This document shows, in pieces, positions 35,201 through 48,025 of a stretch of 64,000 nt of DNA. The notes under the pieces were generated by a model that saw only the letters and a list, made by a program, of their open reading frames with translations, ran no database searches and was not told where the DNA came from. The position numbers were made by a program, and so were the translations under genes. How positions within the stretch are numbered: position 1 is the stretch's first letter; each line of letters begins with the position of its first letter. Origin of the DNA: Vitrella brassicaformis CCMP3155 (taxonomy: Eukaryota > Protista > Chromerida); the NCBI GenBank assembly GCA_001179505.1, contig CDMY01000297.1, positions 62,001 to 126,000 of the forward strand, in the 5' to 3' direction.

Positions 35201-37473
35201 AAAGCAGCTGTGAGAGAACAAACTAATGGTGCGAATTTTCGTCTAAATATTGCCTCCCTTTCTCTGCACTCAGATTGGAGTGGGGTCCTGAGCTGCTCGA
35301 CGCACGCTGCAACGTGACGGAGCAAATATGTCTGGAACGCCGCTTTGTGGCGACTGTGTGTGTGTGCGTGTGTGTGCGTGTGTGTGCGAATTTCAGGATG
35401 GTGGCACACCATTCATCGAGGCTGCCACCGAGGGTCATGTTGATGTGATGAAAGCTATGTATGCCGTTAAAAGGAGAAGACCTTCTTTTGCAGCAGAACT
35501 ATGTGAGAGACACACGCGGGATACAGAACACTGTTTGACTGGCTTTTCTTGTGCATGACACACAGGGTGGGTCGACGGCGCTCCATTATGCTGTATCCCA
35601 TGGTCGCTCTGAAGCTGTGGCTCAGCTGTGAGAGACACAGACGAATGACTCAAATATTATCTCGTTCATTTACTTTCTGTCCCCGTTTCCAGGCTGCAAT
35701 GGGGTGCGGAGCTCGAAATCGAAAACGAAGCGGTGACTACGTGGACACATCAAAAGGGATCAATTGTCTGGTCTATCTTGGAACAGGGCCACTGTCCGTG
35801 GGATCTCAGCGAGGGAAAGCCTGAGATTCGTGAGCTGATGAAGAAGTATAGGAGACCAGCGAAAACCGCGCCGCAGGTCAGAGCCGTATGACGCTGAGAT
35901 GCCGCCCTTCGTCAACGTGCTGTTGTGTTGACTGACCAGCCTGACATCTTCATCGCCATCAAGGCCGGCGACGTAAGGTCTGTAACTGAGATGATCACTC
36001 ACCAGGGGAAGTCGATACTCGAGAAACGAAACGGCATGGGGGTATGCAGCCTGATTACCCACTCGTTTAACAACAAGGCTTCAATCGCGTGTATCTCATT
36101 TCTGCAGTTCACGCCGTTCCTTTGGGCGATGCTTAAAGGGCAGGAAGAAAGTCGTCTTGGGCTCATGTCGGTCATGTATGAGAGCTACGGCCCGTCGCTT
36201 CTGCTACAGGCCATCACTTGGGTACAATCACAGCCATGTGAGCGAGGAGGTTTTCAATTTGTACGGCTGTGTTGGGATGCAGCTCGGAATAACTGCTTTG
36301 CACGCAGCTGCTTCTGATGGCAAGCTTGAGATGGTCAGTCAGCTGCTCAAGTGGGGCGGGGCTCCATTGCTTCATGCGCGCGACAAGGTGCGAGTTTCCG
36401 AAGACACTTGTAGTGTATTTGAAGTCTTTTCGTGTCGACTGTATCCATGTCGATTGAGGATGGAACCACGCCACTCATCGCAGCTGCCGAGGGTCACCAT
36501 GTTGAGGTCGTAAATGAGCTGCTGAAATGGGATTGCAAGTCGCTCGATGCGCAAGGCAAGGTGAGAGAGAACACACATTTTTTCGATCCTCTATTGTGTG
36601 CCTGTGTGTGTTGATTGCAGGAAGGCATGACGCCATTCATATGGGCCGCCGCGGGCGGGAGTCCCGATATGATGAAGGCCATGCATGCGATCAAAGGAGA
36701 GGACCTGCTGACACAGACGGACAACGTGAGGCACATATTTCATGACGAAGGGAGTGCGCTTTATATGCTTGACTTGTCAGGAAGGAAACGCGGCCCTGCA
36801 TCATGCTGTGATGACTGTCGGTGAAATGATTCGCAGTCCTGCAGCTGTCCTTCAGCTGTAAGAGAATGAACCATGAACACATCATCCACTCTCTCTCTCT
36901 CTCTCCCTCTCTGTGGCTCTTTCTGCTTTTCTCAGAATGGAATGGGGCGGCTCTGCTCTCCTCGACGTCAAAAACAACGATGTAAGTGCAGCCACGTCTG
37001 GGCTCCATCGATAGTTGACTAGTGCTTCTGCTGTTTATCAGGGAAGACGCCTTGGGACTTCGCTGCGGAAGATGCGGAAGCCGCCTCCTTTTCACAGAAA
37101 CAAGTCAGAGACCTCATGGACAGAGGTCTGTACGAGACACCAACATGTTTGGGCGCTAGCACATGCAGTCACATTTGTGCTGCCTTCAGTCCGGAAAGGG
37201 TACGTCATTCACCGATTTCGCTTCCCTCTGCCAAGTGCGGGTGTGCTCGGATCCTCTAAGGTGTGCCTTGCGGGCTCGTGGGATAACTGGGAGACCACAG
37301 AGGGGATGGAGTTCTCTGAAGCTGACCGCGCCTTTGTCCTTCCCCTGATACTCCCCCGCGGCAAGTATATATACAAATTCCTCGTGAACGGCAAGGACTG
37401 GTTGTGCGCCCGCACCATGCCAATCGAGAGGGACAAAAGCGGCCAGGAAAACAACGTGCTCGTGATTAGTTGA
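31596..37473 (+). CDS. Protein kinase (TKL-like) + Pro-rich linker + about 18 ankyrin repeats in two arrays + C-terminal CBM48/AMPK-beta-type glycogen-binding domain
   Basis: Kinase motifs IGGGSFAQV, VAVKK, HRDLKPEN, DFG, GTPIYAPPE, SDIWPVG, DRPT. In-frame splices link kinase to linker (RA|VTPDPRSSHAL|VTPSP), the two ankyrin arrays (TAPQ|PDIFIAIKAG) and the last exon (DR|VRKGY...VCLAGSWDNW...YKFLVNGKDW...ENNVL). Confidence 0.8.
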
Positions 37474-37982
37474 ATGCATACTGGAGTTGGGGAGGGGGGG
37501 CGTGTTGTTGGTATTGTGTTGTTGGTTGTTTGGCCCCTGTTGTGTGGTTGCCCCTGTGTCGTGGGTGAGGGTAGGGCGTCACTGATCGATCAATAAGTGT
37601 GTCTCATAGCGTGTCTCACCATGCATATTCAGGCTAGGTGCGTTCGTGCATCTAACGCTCTACATGTGGAACTGAGGTCCTACCTACTATGAAAGGCAGA
37701 CAGTCAGCACTTCATCGTCCACCACCCCGCCCCCCGTCTGCAGTGCAGGTCTGCAGTCAGTCAGCCAGCCATTCAGCCACCAAACACTTGGGTTGCGCGC
37801 ACAAGACTCGAAAAAATGCCCATGCACGCCCCGCCAAGTTGGGCACACCCATACACACACGACGCGACGCCCCAAACACCCAATCACCACACCTACTAGA
37901 AGGCGGCACACATGTATGTATGTATGCATGGATGCATGTATGTATGTATGTCTGTGTTGTGTTGATTGAATCATTCGTTCAT

Positions 37983-40900
37983 TCATTCGACGGATTCCTG
38001 CGATGGTTTCTCGCCTTGCTGCGGGTTGCCGTAGCTGGAGGCGACGCTGTTGCGGGTATGGGGCCGGTACAGAGACGACCCCGCGCTGTCACGCCGAACG
38101 ATGGACCCTGCACCCAAACATGTAACAGATGAGGGCCGAATGGTGGCAGGGGCGAGTTCCTGCTCCTGTCCAACGTGGCTCCTCTCACTTTGTTGTGGTA
38201 TGGGATGGATGCGCAGGTCACCCCAGCCGTCCATCTGACTCAGCCCTGACACATACACACACACACACACACACACATACCCAGAATTTGTGGCTGTGTG
38301 CGTCTCCTGTCATGTCCCATCTACCTGAAGGAGGTGCCATGACGTCGTCTGCCTTCATCCGTTCGGCCACGGGCACCAGCCGGTCCCAAAACACGTAGGA
38401 GCACACCAGCGAGAAACCAACCAGCACCACAGAGGGAATCGCCACCAGGTTGTTGACCGACGCCTCACCGGCTGCATCATATCAACACACGCAGGCACAC
38501 AACGGTGTGACGTCCTTGTGTTGTGCTTGTGCGCCGCTTTATATTACCAACGGCACCGGCGATCGAGATCATGACATTGCCAACCACACGACCAAATGTG
38601 CCTGGTGCCACCACGCGAAAACACAAGAGACCGCCATCCATCCATCCATCCATTTGATGCCCCAGCTTCACTCAGATACCAGCTTCGGTTGAAAGAAATC
38701 CGCTGTTGAATAGGCCCTTGCTCATGACCTTGGGCATCACCTTGGACAGCAGACCCATGTTGACACCCTCCAACACCTACACAAATGCAGACACACACAT
38801 ACAGATCAGTCGATTGCGCCTCTGGCTGGCCCGTCCATTCCGCCCACCTGCGCCGATATGAAGAGTGTGAATCCGCCTATCAGATACTGCACCACGGTGA
38901 AGGAGCTGCTGTTCAGCTCAAAGGTCAACGCGCTGCCTGTGCACACGAAAAGACGGCACACATACATGGGTGCCGTGTTTCGTCCACGTATGTGCCTTCC
39001 TTCTCGGTGATCGGTTCATTTTTGCTCACGAGCTTCCTTACCCAGTCCAAGAAGGAAGAGCGAGATGCTCTGGCCAACACGGTCGGGGATCATCTGAGAC
39101 AACTTGCCTGCATGACGAGGGAGAACAATGCACCGTGGTTCTCACATGTCTGTCTGTGTCTTTGTGAACGCGGCGCTCACCGACGGCCAGGTTGGTGGGC
39201 AGGACGAGCAGGCCGATGATGGCCAGCATATTGCCCACAGCTGCGTCGCCCCAGCCGAAGAAGTGCGCGGTCACGAGGGGCGCTGCCGTCTGGAAGGCCT
39301 CCTGCACCAGCTTGAGCACGAAATAAACCCACAGGCACACCACCGTGCCCGACGGGTCCATAACGGACTTGGTCGGCTGGCATGACACACACGAGAAGGA
39401 AGAGAAAGAAGAGGAAGGCGATCTTTTGCGGCTCCTGGCTGTCCATCCATCCATGCATCCATCTATGCGTACATCTTTGAGAGATCTAAATGAAGATGAT
39501 GCTGCTGGCATGCCGTCCTCAATGGTCTCGTCGCCCTCCTCAATCGCAAGCAGCGGCTCCAACAGGTCATTATCACGGCTGCAGAACCACAGGTCACACA
39601 CACACACACACACACACCGAGAGAGAGAGAGAGACAGCCAGCCGGTTGCTGTGTGCACTTGGTTGGTCGTCATATATACCTTTTTGCGTATTTCCTGATG
39701 GGCTCAGTGAATGCCAGCCACGTCATGAAGAAGAATATGAACCAAAGGATGGCCATGATCCAGCCGGGGGCCGTCAGGGGATTCACAGGCAGACCAAACA
39801 CCTGCAATACGCATAGACGCACGGAACGGGGATGTGCGCACACGCCGTTAGCTGACCGAGAAGTTGATCATGTTGAGCAACGTCTGGCTGCCGGGCCCGA
39901 CGGTCATCCCCAGTGACCCCACGGCGACAAATATCGCCGACTGGAAGGTCTTCTGGTCGATCGTCACGAAATCCGCTATGTACCGACGGTTCACCGCCCG
40001 ATTCCCGCCAAGACCCACAATCAGACGGGCTGCACACAGCCACAAGACACATACACATAGACATAGACATAGACATATGCAGACAGGAGATGTAGATGAG
40101 CACAGGTGGCTGGCTGACGTGGCTTACCCAGGAAAAGCAGTGCAGGGCTGCCGAACGGCAAGGCCAGAGCGTAGAGGAGGTTGCCGAGCACTAGGATGAT
40201 TGTGCAGAAGACGAGCGGCTGCTTGAAGCTGCGGTTGGACCAGAGTGAGTAAATGACGGACGACAGCAGGGACGAGAGGGGCGTCATGGCGAGCAGCAGA
40301 CCCGACAGTGTGGCCCACATGCCGAGAGCGCTGGCGTACTCGTTGGCCGTGGGAATCACCACGTAGTAGTTGGCCATGTATAGAAACGTGTTGTAGTGAT
40401 TCAGAAACAAACTGACCACCACACACACACGTATGCACAAGCGTCGTCGGTCTTCCGATCTGTGTCCTCTCCCTCCCTGGCTCACCCGAATGCATCAGCC
40501 GCGCCGACGGGCTCGGCCTCATAGTCGATCTGCGCCTGGCCCGCCAGTGTGCTGTAGAACTTGGCCTTCCTGGCGGTGCGCATGGCTCGGCGCTGGAAGG
40601 TCAGCAACAGCTCCTCGGTGTGCTTGCGCTCGATGAGGTGGCCCTCGCCGTCCACAATGGGCTCTGTCGTGCGGCCGTGCAGCTCGTTGACCTGGTGCCT
40701 GGTGATCTTGCCCTCCCGCAGCCACTGGTCCTCCTTCTCACGCATTGAGCTGAACATGGCCTGGAGCTCACCCCACAGGCGGGGGATGTTGGGCGACAGC
40801 CGCAGGTCGTCCAGACGAGAGGCGGTGTTGTCGGGTCTCAGACGCTGGCGCACGAAGTCTCTCAGGAGCCCCTCGCCAGTCGTGCCACGGTATATGAAGC

Positions 40901-41719
40901 CAGCCTGATAGTGGAAGAGAGCAGCACGGATGCGATGATGTCGTTTGCACACGAAAGAGGCTGACCATTTTGGTCTTCTTTTCGCATTTCTTGAGGATCT
41001 TTCTGACTCCCTATCACACACACACAAGCAGAGATATCACACGGGAATGTGAGTGTGCGTTGCGAAAGAAGACCTCGGCGTTCAGCTCGGCGAACTTGAT
41101 GACGTCGGCCATCTCCTCGGTCGTCTGGCGCAACTCGCCATCTGACGCACGACGCAATACTTCGATGTATCCGCATATCGTATGCCGTTTGCTCGTCCTT
41201 ACACATGAGTGGGAGTGTGGTGGGCGATATGTATGGCCATCGCTTCTTGAGTGAGGCGAGGCTGTTGACGCCGCGCTTCAACACGTCCTCATAGAAGATC
41301 TGCACACGCGCGGCAGGCAGGCCAACGCAACAGGCAGGCGCAACGTCGTAGATCATCATAGATCAATCATTCCACGCTGCATCTCTGCGAGTACTTACGG
41401 CGCTCTTGTTGATCTCGTGGTCCAGCAGGTTCCCGAATCTGCACACAGGCAGAGGCGCCGCAGACCCATCCACCATCCATCATACGCCGCCTTTCGGCTC
41501 ACCTGTCGATAGATTCCTTGATGTCGGCATTTGGCTCCTGGGCTGTGATCTTGGCAACAACTTCTTTGATCTCTTTCTTGAGCCTGAGCACACAGAACGG
41601 CCATCCATTCACGGGTATGCACAGCTGCTGCCACTTGATGATCACCTCTTATAGTCAATGTAGTAGCCCCGCCACTGCGGCAGACTCTCCTGCTCTATCG
41701 TGTTGCCAAACTTAACCAT
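37983..41719 (-). CDS. SPX domain-containing MFS transporter (PHT5/VPT-like vacuolar phosphate transporter)
   Basis: N-terminus [25 protein letters not shown]|LKKEIK and [17 protein letters not shown] (SPX). MFS part [22 protein letters not shown]...[20 protein letters not shown]. Confidence 0.92.
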
Positions 41720-41747
41720 GATTGCGGTCAGATCTGGCTTCGAGATC

Positions 41748-41759
41748 TGCAAGCTTAGC
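41748..41759. promoter_or_regulatory. Candidate promoter motif (T/C)GC(G/A)AGCTT(A/G)GC
   Basis: tgcaagcttagc lies in the 60-bp spacer between two divergent ATGs. Related copies at 76-87, 9001-9014, 21431-21441, 31534-31544 (reverse) and 56686-56697 (reverse), all upstream of predicted starts. Confidence 0.55.
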
Positions 41760-41779
41760 AGCAGATCGCCCTACCGAAA

Positions 41780-44700
41780 ATGATGTTCCTTGCAAGCGTG
41801 GGAGGGCGGCTGCTTGGAGGCAGCAAGAGCGACGACAAGAAGGACAGCAAGAAGAAGAAAGATGACGAAGATGCAGCCGATGAGGAGGAGGCCAAGGCAG
41901 AGGGCAAGAAGGGCGGCGACGAGGGGGATGAGGAGGCTGAGGATGAGCTAACGCCTCCGCCCGAGAAGGTAATACCGCTGGACCAGTTCTTTGCGCGTGT
42001 GGAAAAGATCCAGGAGGGCTGGAAGAGACGGGGCGCCAGCGACCAGGAAGCGCAGCACTGGAGCTACCCACGGAGATGGCAGGTGCGGACATTCATGTAT
42101 CACTGCAATGCCCACATCTGCATGGTCCCTGTTTCTTTTGTGAAGGTGAAGATATGGGACATGCGGATAGAGAACCTCACTCAGGGGCCCCAGTAAGCAA
42201 TCATAACGAAGCCTTGACTTATTCATGACCTTGCCTTGATTTGAGCTCTATGGAAACAGAGACCTCTTCTGCGACTTCACATTCGGCGGCTACAGTGAAG
42301 GACTAATAGTGGCTGACAACAAGAAGGAGCGTGTGTACGTGGCCGCTAACCCAGAGAGCCTCAGGAAGCAGTGCTTCGTGCGCACCAGTGTGCAGGAGGG
42401 CATTGCTCCCGAGGAGACACGAGACTTCGACCTGCAGGAGATCTTTGAGTATCGGGCTTCCTACCTTGACCTCGAACTTGAGAAGGTCGTCGTGCAGGTG
42501 CGGCTTGGAACGAGTGAGGACTATCACGCGTCTCTTTGCATTTGTCAGCGCCCTTTTGTGTCTGTCTCGTGCGTGTCAGGTTTGGCAGTGGTATCGGCGA
42601 GCGCTCAACAAGCTGGTTGGGACACTGGAGAAGTCGCTGGTGAATTTCGCGCAGGGAACGGTGTATTTCGATGAGACAATCAAGCAGAAGGTCAAGAGGG
42701 TGGGAATGGTCGACGTCTGTCGGGTGAGCTTCCAGCTGTATTTCCAAGAGATCTATGACTTCGAGCTGCTGTTCAACAACTGGAGCATCGAGAAGATCAT
42801 GCACCCCAACAAGGCACAGTGGATGCTGCAAAGAACTATTGACGAGAAAACAGGCGGCGGAGGACACATCGGCGTGAGATGGATCGTGTCAGAGATCAAC
42901 CGCCAGCTGGACAATTTGGCAGACATGGAGATGCTCCCATTCGGCAATCTCCGGAGGGCCAGCGTCGTTGAAGAGCGAGTGAGGCCGTACGAGCGTGGCT
43001 CACAAGATCTGGAAATGGGGGAGGACGAGCAGCAGGAGAAGTCTTCATCGAAGGCGTCGTCTGAGGTCAATTCCTCCGATGTGGGCGAGAGAGAGCTGCC
43101 CCATTTCATCCCGACGACCAACACACTGGAGGCGGAGGAGCTGTGCAACCCGCGGCTGTACCTGGAGATCCCCTCGCGGGAAGGCGTCATGTACAGGAGC
43201 CCCATGAACAAACTGGCTTGTACAAGCCCCATGCAGAAGCGCACCAACAACCCTTCCTGGGACTCCATTGGTGTTCTGTACTTCCGCGGCACGGCTGCCG
43301 ATCTGGAGAACTCTGCACTCAATGTGCGCAAGTAAAGACACTGCACAAGCAGTGAGACACACAGTTTCCTTGTGCCTGCGGTTGTTTTTGTTTGTATCAG
43401 GTCCGTGCAGTGGATGAGCGGACCAAGCGGCTGATCGGCAGTGCCTTCATGCCGTTGAAAGGTGTGCTGGAGTCGGGCTATGTCCGTCGCCAGCTAAATG
43501 CGCCCCTTGCCCTGGCCAACAGGGCAGACTCCGAAGGGATCGACGTCTCTTAGTGGTTCTTTGGTCTCGTACACGGCAAGGTGGGAAAGCACCATGGGAC
43601 ACACTGCAACAATAAGGCTTGTGCATGTCGATCTCTCGTGCAGGTACAGATCCTGCACCAGCCTCGGTACCGTCAGGTTGGGGACGTGTTGGAGATCATT
43701 CCGGGCGCGTTTTATCTGATCGTCCGTGTTATCGAGATCGACCACTTGTATACGCGAGACGACAGGGACCAGATCGACTCGTGTGTACAAGTGACATTCG
43801 ATGGTACCTCGCGCCACACCCGGCCCATCAGGGGCTCGCTGAAGCCGGAGTACCAAGTGAGACCGACATAGATGGGAGGAGACCCGTTTTATACCTGCGG
43901 CTGTTGTCCAGGACGAGCTTGCGTTTGCGATCCGTCTGTCTCCATACAAGATTCGCGAGGGCGAGAGCAAGGGCGAGGAGCGAGTGGCCATGTCGGATGT
44001 CAAGGCAAAGGGGCCAATCGCATTCGATGTCTGGGGATTCGCAAACGATATCGAGGGTCAACCAACCAATAAGCAAAGCAAAGGCCTGTGTATGTGAATT
44101 GCTGTGTCTGCGTCAGGCAGCGATCATTTGGGTGGTGTTGAGGTGCCTCTGTGGGAAATACTGAGCGACAAGGACGGCAAGCCATTTCCGGCCAAGGAGA
44201 AGAAATGCCTCAATGTGTAAGCAAGTAGACAATTACAGGCCCGGGATGCGATCGTCAGTCATTGATTGATTGGTTGCTTGTGTGCAGAGTGAGTGGCAAG
44301 GAGGAGGCGTACAAGGCGTATGTGTGGTCGGGCCGCAAGGACCTCACGCTCACGTGGACACGGGAGAAACAGCCCAGACTTAAACTGCAAGTGAGACATG
44401 AAGACGCGTGTCTCTCACATGGTCAGATGAGACTCTGCCTTGTTTGCGTTGGCAGATTTGGACAAAGCCAAGCCTGATTGACCTACTCGATGCACCATTG
44501 TAAGATGTCTGGATTCTCAGAAATTACATTTTTATCTTTCCATTTGGTGCAGACCTCGCACCGAAGCGGCTCACAGCTCGACGGACGGTCTTCCGAAAGC
44601 CATTGCAAAGAACTTCACCAAACACAAGGCCAACTTTGACGCCAAGACGAGTGCCCATCGTATCAATGATCGCTTCTTTCCGTCCATGGCCATCGATCAG

Positions 44701-47700
44701 CGGCAGCGGGAACACTTCCTGCCGACCTATCTCACGGCCGTCACCCCACCAAAGGACCTCGACAACGAGAACGTCATCGCATACTTCATACAAAACATCC
44801 CTTTCTCAGCCGCCAGACCCCTCGACACAGTGGAGACAGACGGTGACGCGACTGGCAGACGGAGGAAACGGAAGCGGCTTGTGATCACCAGCCCAGATTT
44901 CTTCCTCATGACCAAAGTCGGACCGCCAATCGACCACTGCATCCTCCACTGTAGCATCCTCTTGGGCTATCCCACGCCTGCATACGTCTGTATTGGGACG
45001 CTGTGGAACAGGCGGCCGCATGCGTGGGTCATGACATGGCATTCGGAGAGGCTCACTGTCAAGTAAGCCTTTCTGTGTCCATTTTGCTTGATTGATGAAT
45101 ACGTTTGTGTCGTCAGATTTTGGGAGACGACACCTTTCACGACTTACAACCAGCCTCACCGATTCTACGATACGGAACGGGCGAAGAAGTAACCCTGCAG
45201 TCAAGGCCTGCAATGGCGCACATTCTTCTTCCTTGTCACTTGCTGCAGGCTGATTGAGCAGATAGAGGCAAGGCAGCCTTCTGCTCTCGACAAATTTGTC
45301 CACGTAGACACACAAAACGTGAATCTGTTTGGGCTTGCATCCCTGCTGGTGCTTTTCCTCGTACAGGACATGAAGACTCGGGAAAAGAGAAGGCATCGAG
45401 AAGAAAAAAAAGGCGTATGCACGTGAAGAGACATCGGCACAACATACGTTTATGATCTCTGTTTTTGTTTGTGGCTGCAGAGCGACGGAGAGACAAGGCC
45501 GTCAAACTCGACGAGGAGTCATCCTTATTCCCCGTGTAAGCCACACTGAAAACTCCAGACAAGACGATCACATGTCCCATCTCCCTGTTCGCTGTCGATC
45601 AGCACCAGTGGCGATGGGGAGACGGACGGCGACAGTACGCAGAGGTCATTTGAGGAGCATGACCCTCTGCCCTACCGCAGTATCGATGTGGTCTTTGATA
45701 CCACCAACGTCTGGGCTAACCTGCAGCACCACAGCCCCGCCAAGATCTACTATGACCTGTGGAACGATGTACGCTGAGAAAGATCCACTGTAGCCTTCTG
45801 TCTCGACTTCACGGGTCCGTGCAACTGTGCAGGAGCTTTGGTATCCGTTCCACAGGACGAAGGAGCCGCTGAGGCCGTTCTACTCTCCGAAGTCGCTCAC
45901 CGCGGCCAAGGACCCCAACAAGGACGAGCGACGTCTGCGGCAGATGGAGGACATTCACGACAGGCTGCAGTATGAAATTGCCACACACCGCACCTCACTC
46001 AGCCTCAGCACCAAATTCCACCGAGACGACAAGCTCGAGGCGTTCCTCCACAAGTGAGTGAGCCTGTAGGAGACAGCGACAAATGTCTTATGCGCGTCTT
46101 TTCTTCTATCAGAGGTCTGATGATCTACGAGCAGCTGGAGATTCGTGAGAGCTATCAGGACTTGCAGTATGCCAGGGCTCAGCTTAACGACTGGAAGTCG
46201 GTCATGCATACCAAGACGCCCGAGAATCATCGGCTGCTGATGAGCTTCTTCCACTTCAACACGGTCAAGTCCACGACCATCGCCCAGCGCGTCACCGAGC
46301 AGACGCCTTTTCTGGCCACAGTGAGGGATCGCGGTGCTCGATTCGCTATTGGCGTTTTGAAGACGAGCCTGCCGGAAGGCATGTCATCCGTTTTTGTGGT
46401 GGTCGCCTGTGTGAGCCCCGTCACCCAGGAAGAGCGAGATCGGGAGCTGCTGGAGAAAAGAGAGGTGACTGCTGGCCGAGTTTGGATGCTGGAGAGCTGC
46501 GCCTATGTATGTGTTTGCAACTGTCTGTGTGTCAGCAAGAAGAGGAGCAGCGGCGGAGACAGAAGATGGAGGAGACACAGACACGCATGCTGGAGCAAAA
46601 GGCTGCCGAGACTGAGAAAGAGTCTGTGTCCGAGTCAGAGACACCCGCGGCTATCGCTAACGGGCAGATCGAGAGCGAGGAGGAGGAAAAAGGGGGCGAT
46701 GGGATTCAAGAAGAAGGTGAGCCGATTGAAGCAGGGGGAGAAGATGAGAATGCTGGAGACGAGGAAGCAAGCTACGCTGGGGAAGAACAAGAGGGGCACG
46801 GCGACCACGAAATCACGAGGGAAGAACCGCCTACACACCGGGCTCCTCGAGCTGACATCGCCGCTGCTACAGATTGGCAGAAGCAAGAGGACGACGAGCT
46901 TGCCATCACAACGGGAGTGACGACAGAATACAAGACAAAACGGAGGAGATCGCGGGAAAGAGATCAAGTGGACGACGACCACAGAAGGTCGACCATCGGC
47001 AGTACTCGTCTGAGGCCTCCTCCCCCTCCACAGGATGAGAACGTCGCGATCGATCGCCCCGCCTTTCGCCAGTCAATGCTCATGTTCATCAATGTGGCCA
47101 AGAAGACAGGCGATGACATGCACGGTCCGAGCACGAAGGACGCCTGCATTCACGTCATGTCGCAATCCCTCTGTCTCTTTTGACAGAGATTATTGCGAGC
47201 ACGAGGCGTGAAAGCGCCATGATGCCAGATCAGAGGTGGCATTGGGATAGTGAGGACGAGCCACATGTTGTGGACCGGAAGCGGCGGGAAGAGGCGTGGC
47301 AACAAGCCTTCCACCGCTTCTCAGTCATCGCACAGGGCGGGGCCGACCCTCTGGAGCACCAAGACATGGGCCCACCTGGCCAGCCCGAAGACACGAGCGA
47401 TGATGCCGATGACGAGCAGGAGGAAGACAGACCTGCGTCAGCAGCCCCATCAGTCACTGATCTCCAGCCCGTCACACCACGGGATGCTCACAGACGCACG
47501 CGGCCGTCGTTCTCATTACCACGGGAGGACCAAGACGAGGAGCAGCCCACATCTGCGTCTGCAAGGAGATTCGAAGACATTCGTTTCGGAGATGACGATG
47601 TGGAAGACGACAGTGATGAGCCAGTGACGTCTCACCATGTCCCAATGCAAGCACATCGACCCCAACGGGCAGTCAGCTTCAAGGACGATGCATATCTATC

Positions 47701-47803
47701 GGAAGAGGGATCACTGTCTTCAACGAGCATGCGACGCAGCAGTGGAGGCTCGCCAAAGGGCATCTTGAAGCTGCCTTCTGTCACTGTCAATAGGAAGGCA
47801 TGA
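41780..47803 (+). CDS. CEP76/CC2D2A-family centrosomal/transition-zone protein (multiple C2 domains + transglutaminase-like domain + acidic tail)
   Basis: C2-like exons (VWQWYRRALNKLVG; LIVRVIEIDHL...DSCVQVTFDG). DHCILHCSILLGY..AYVCIGT.....HAWVMT; LPYRSIDVVFD..NVWANLQ; ARFAIGV....LPEG..SVFVVVA. Confidence 0.75.
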
Positions 47804-48025
47804 CCGATCCGTGGAGTGATGTGAGCGATTTCAACCCTTTTATCGTAGGCCTTCATTGTCATGTAGGTGGACTGTTGCGTCTCTCGCACACTAGCTATTG
47901 AGGGAATTCATGGACACCAGACCTTTGTCTTCATGCCAATGCGAGTCTCCTCAGACAGGGGATCCTAATGATAGATGGCGAGATCAAGACACACAGCTAG
48001 AAGACTCGATACACTTGCATAGCCC

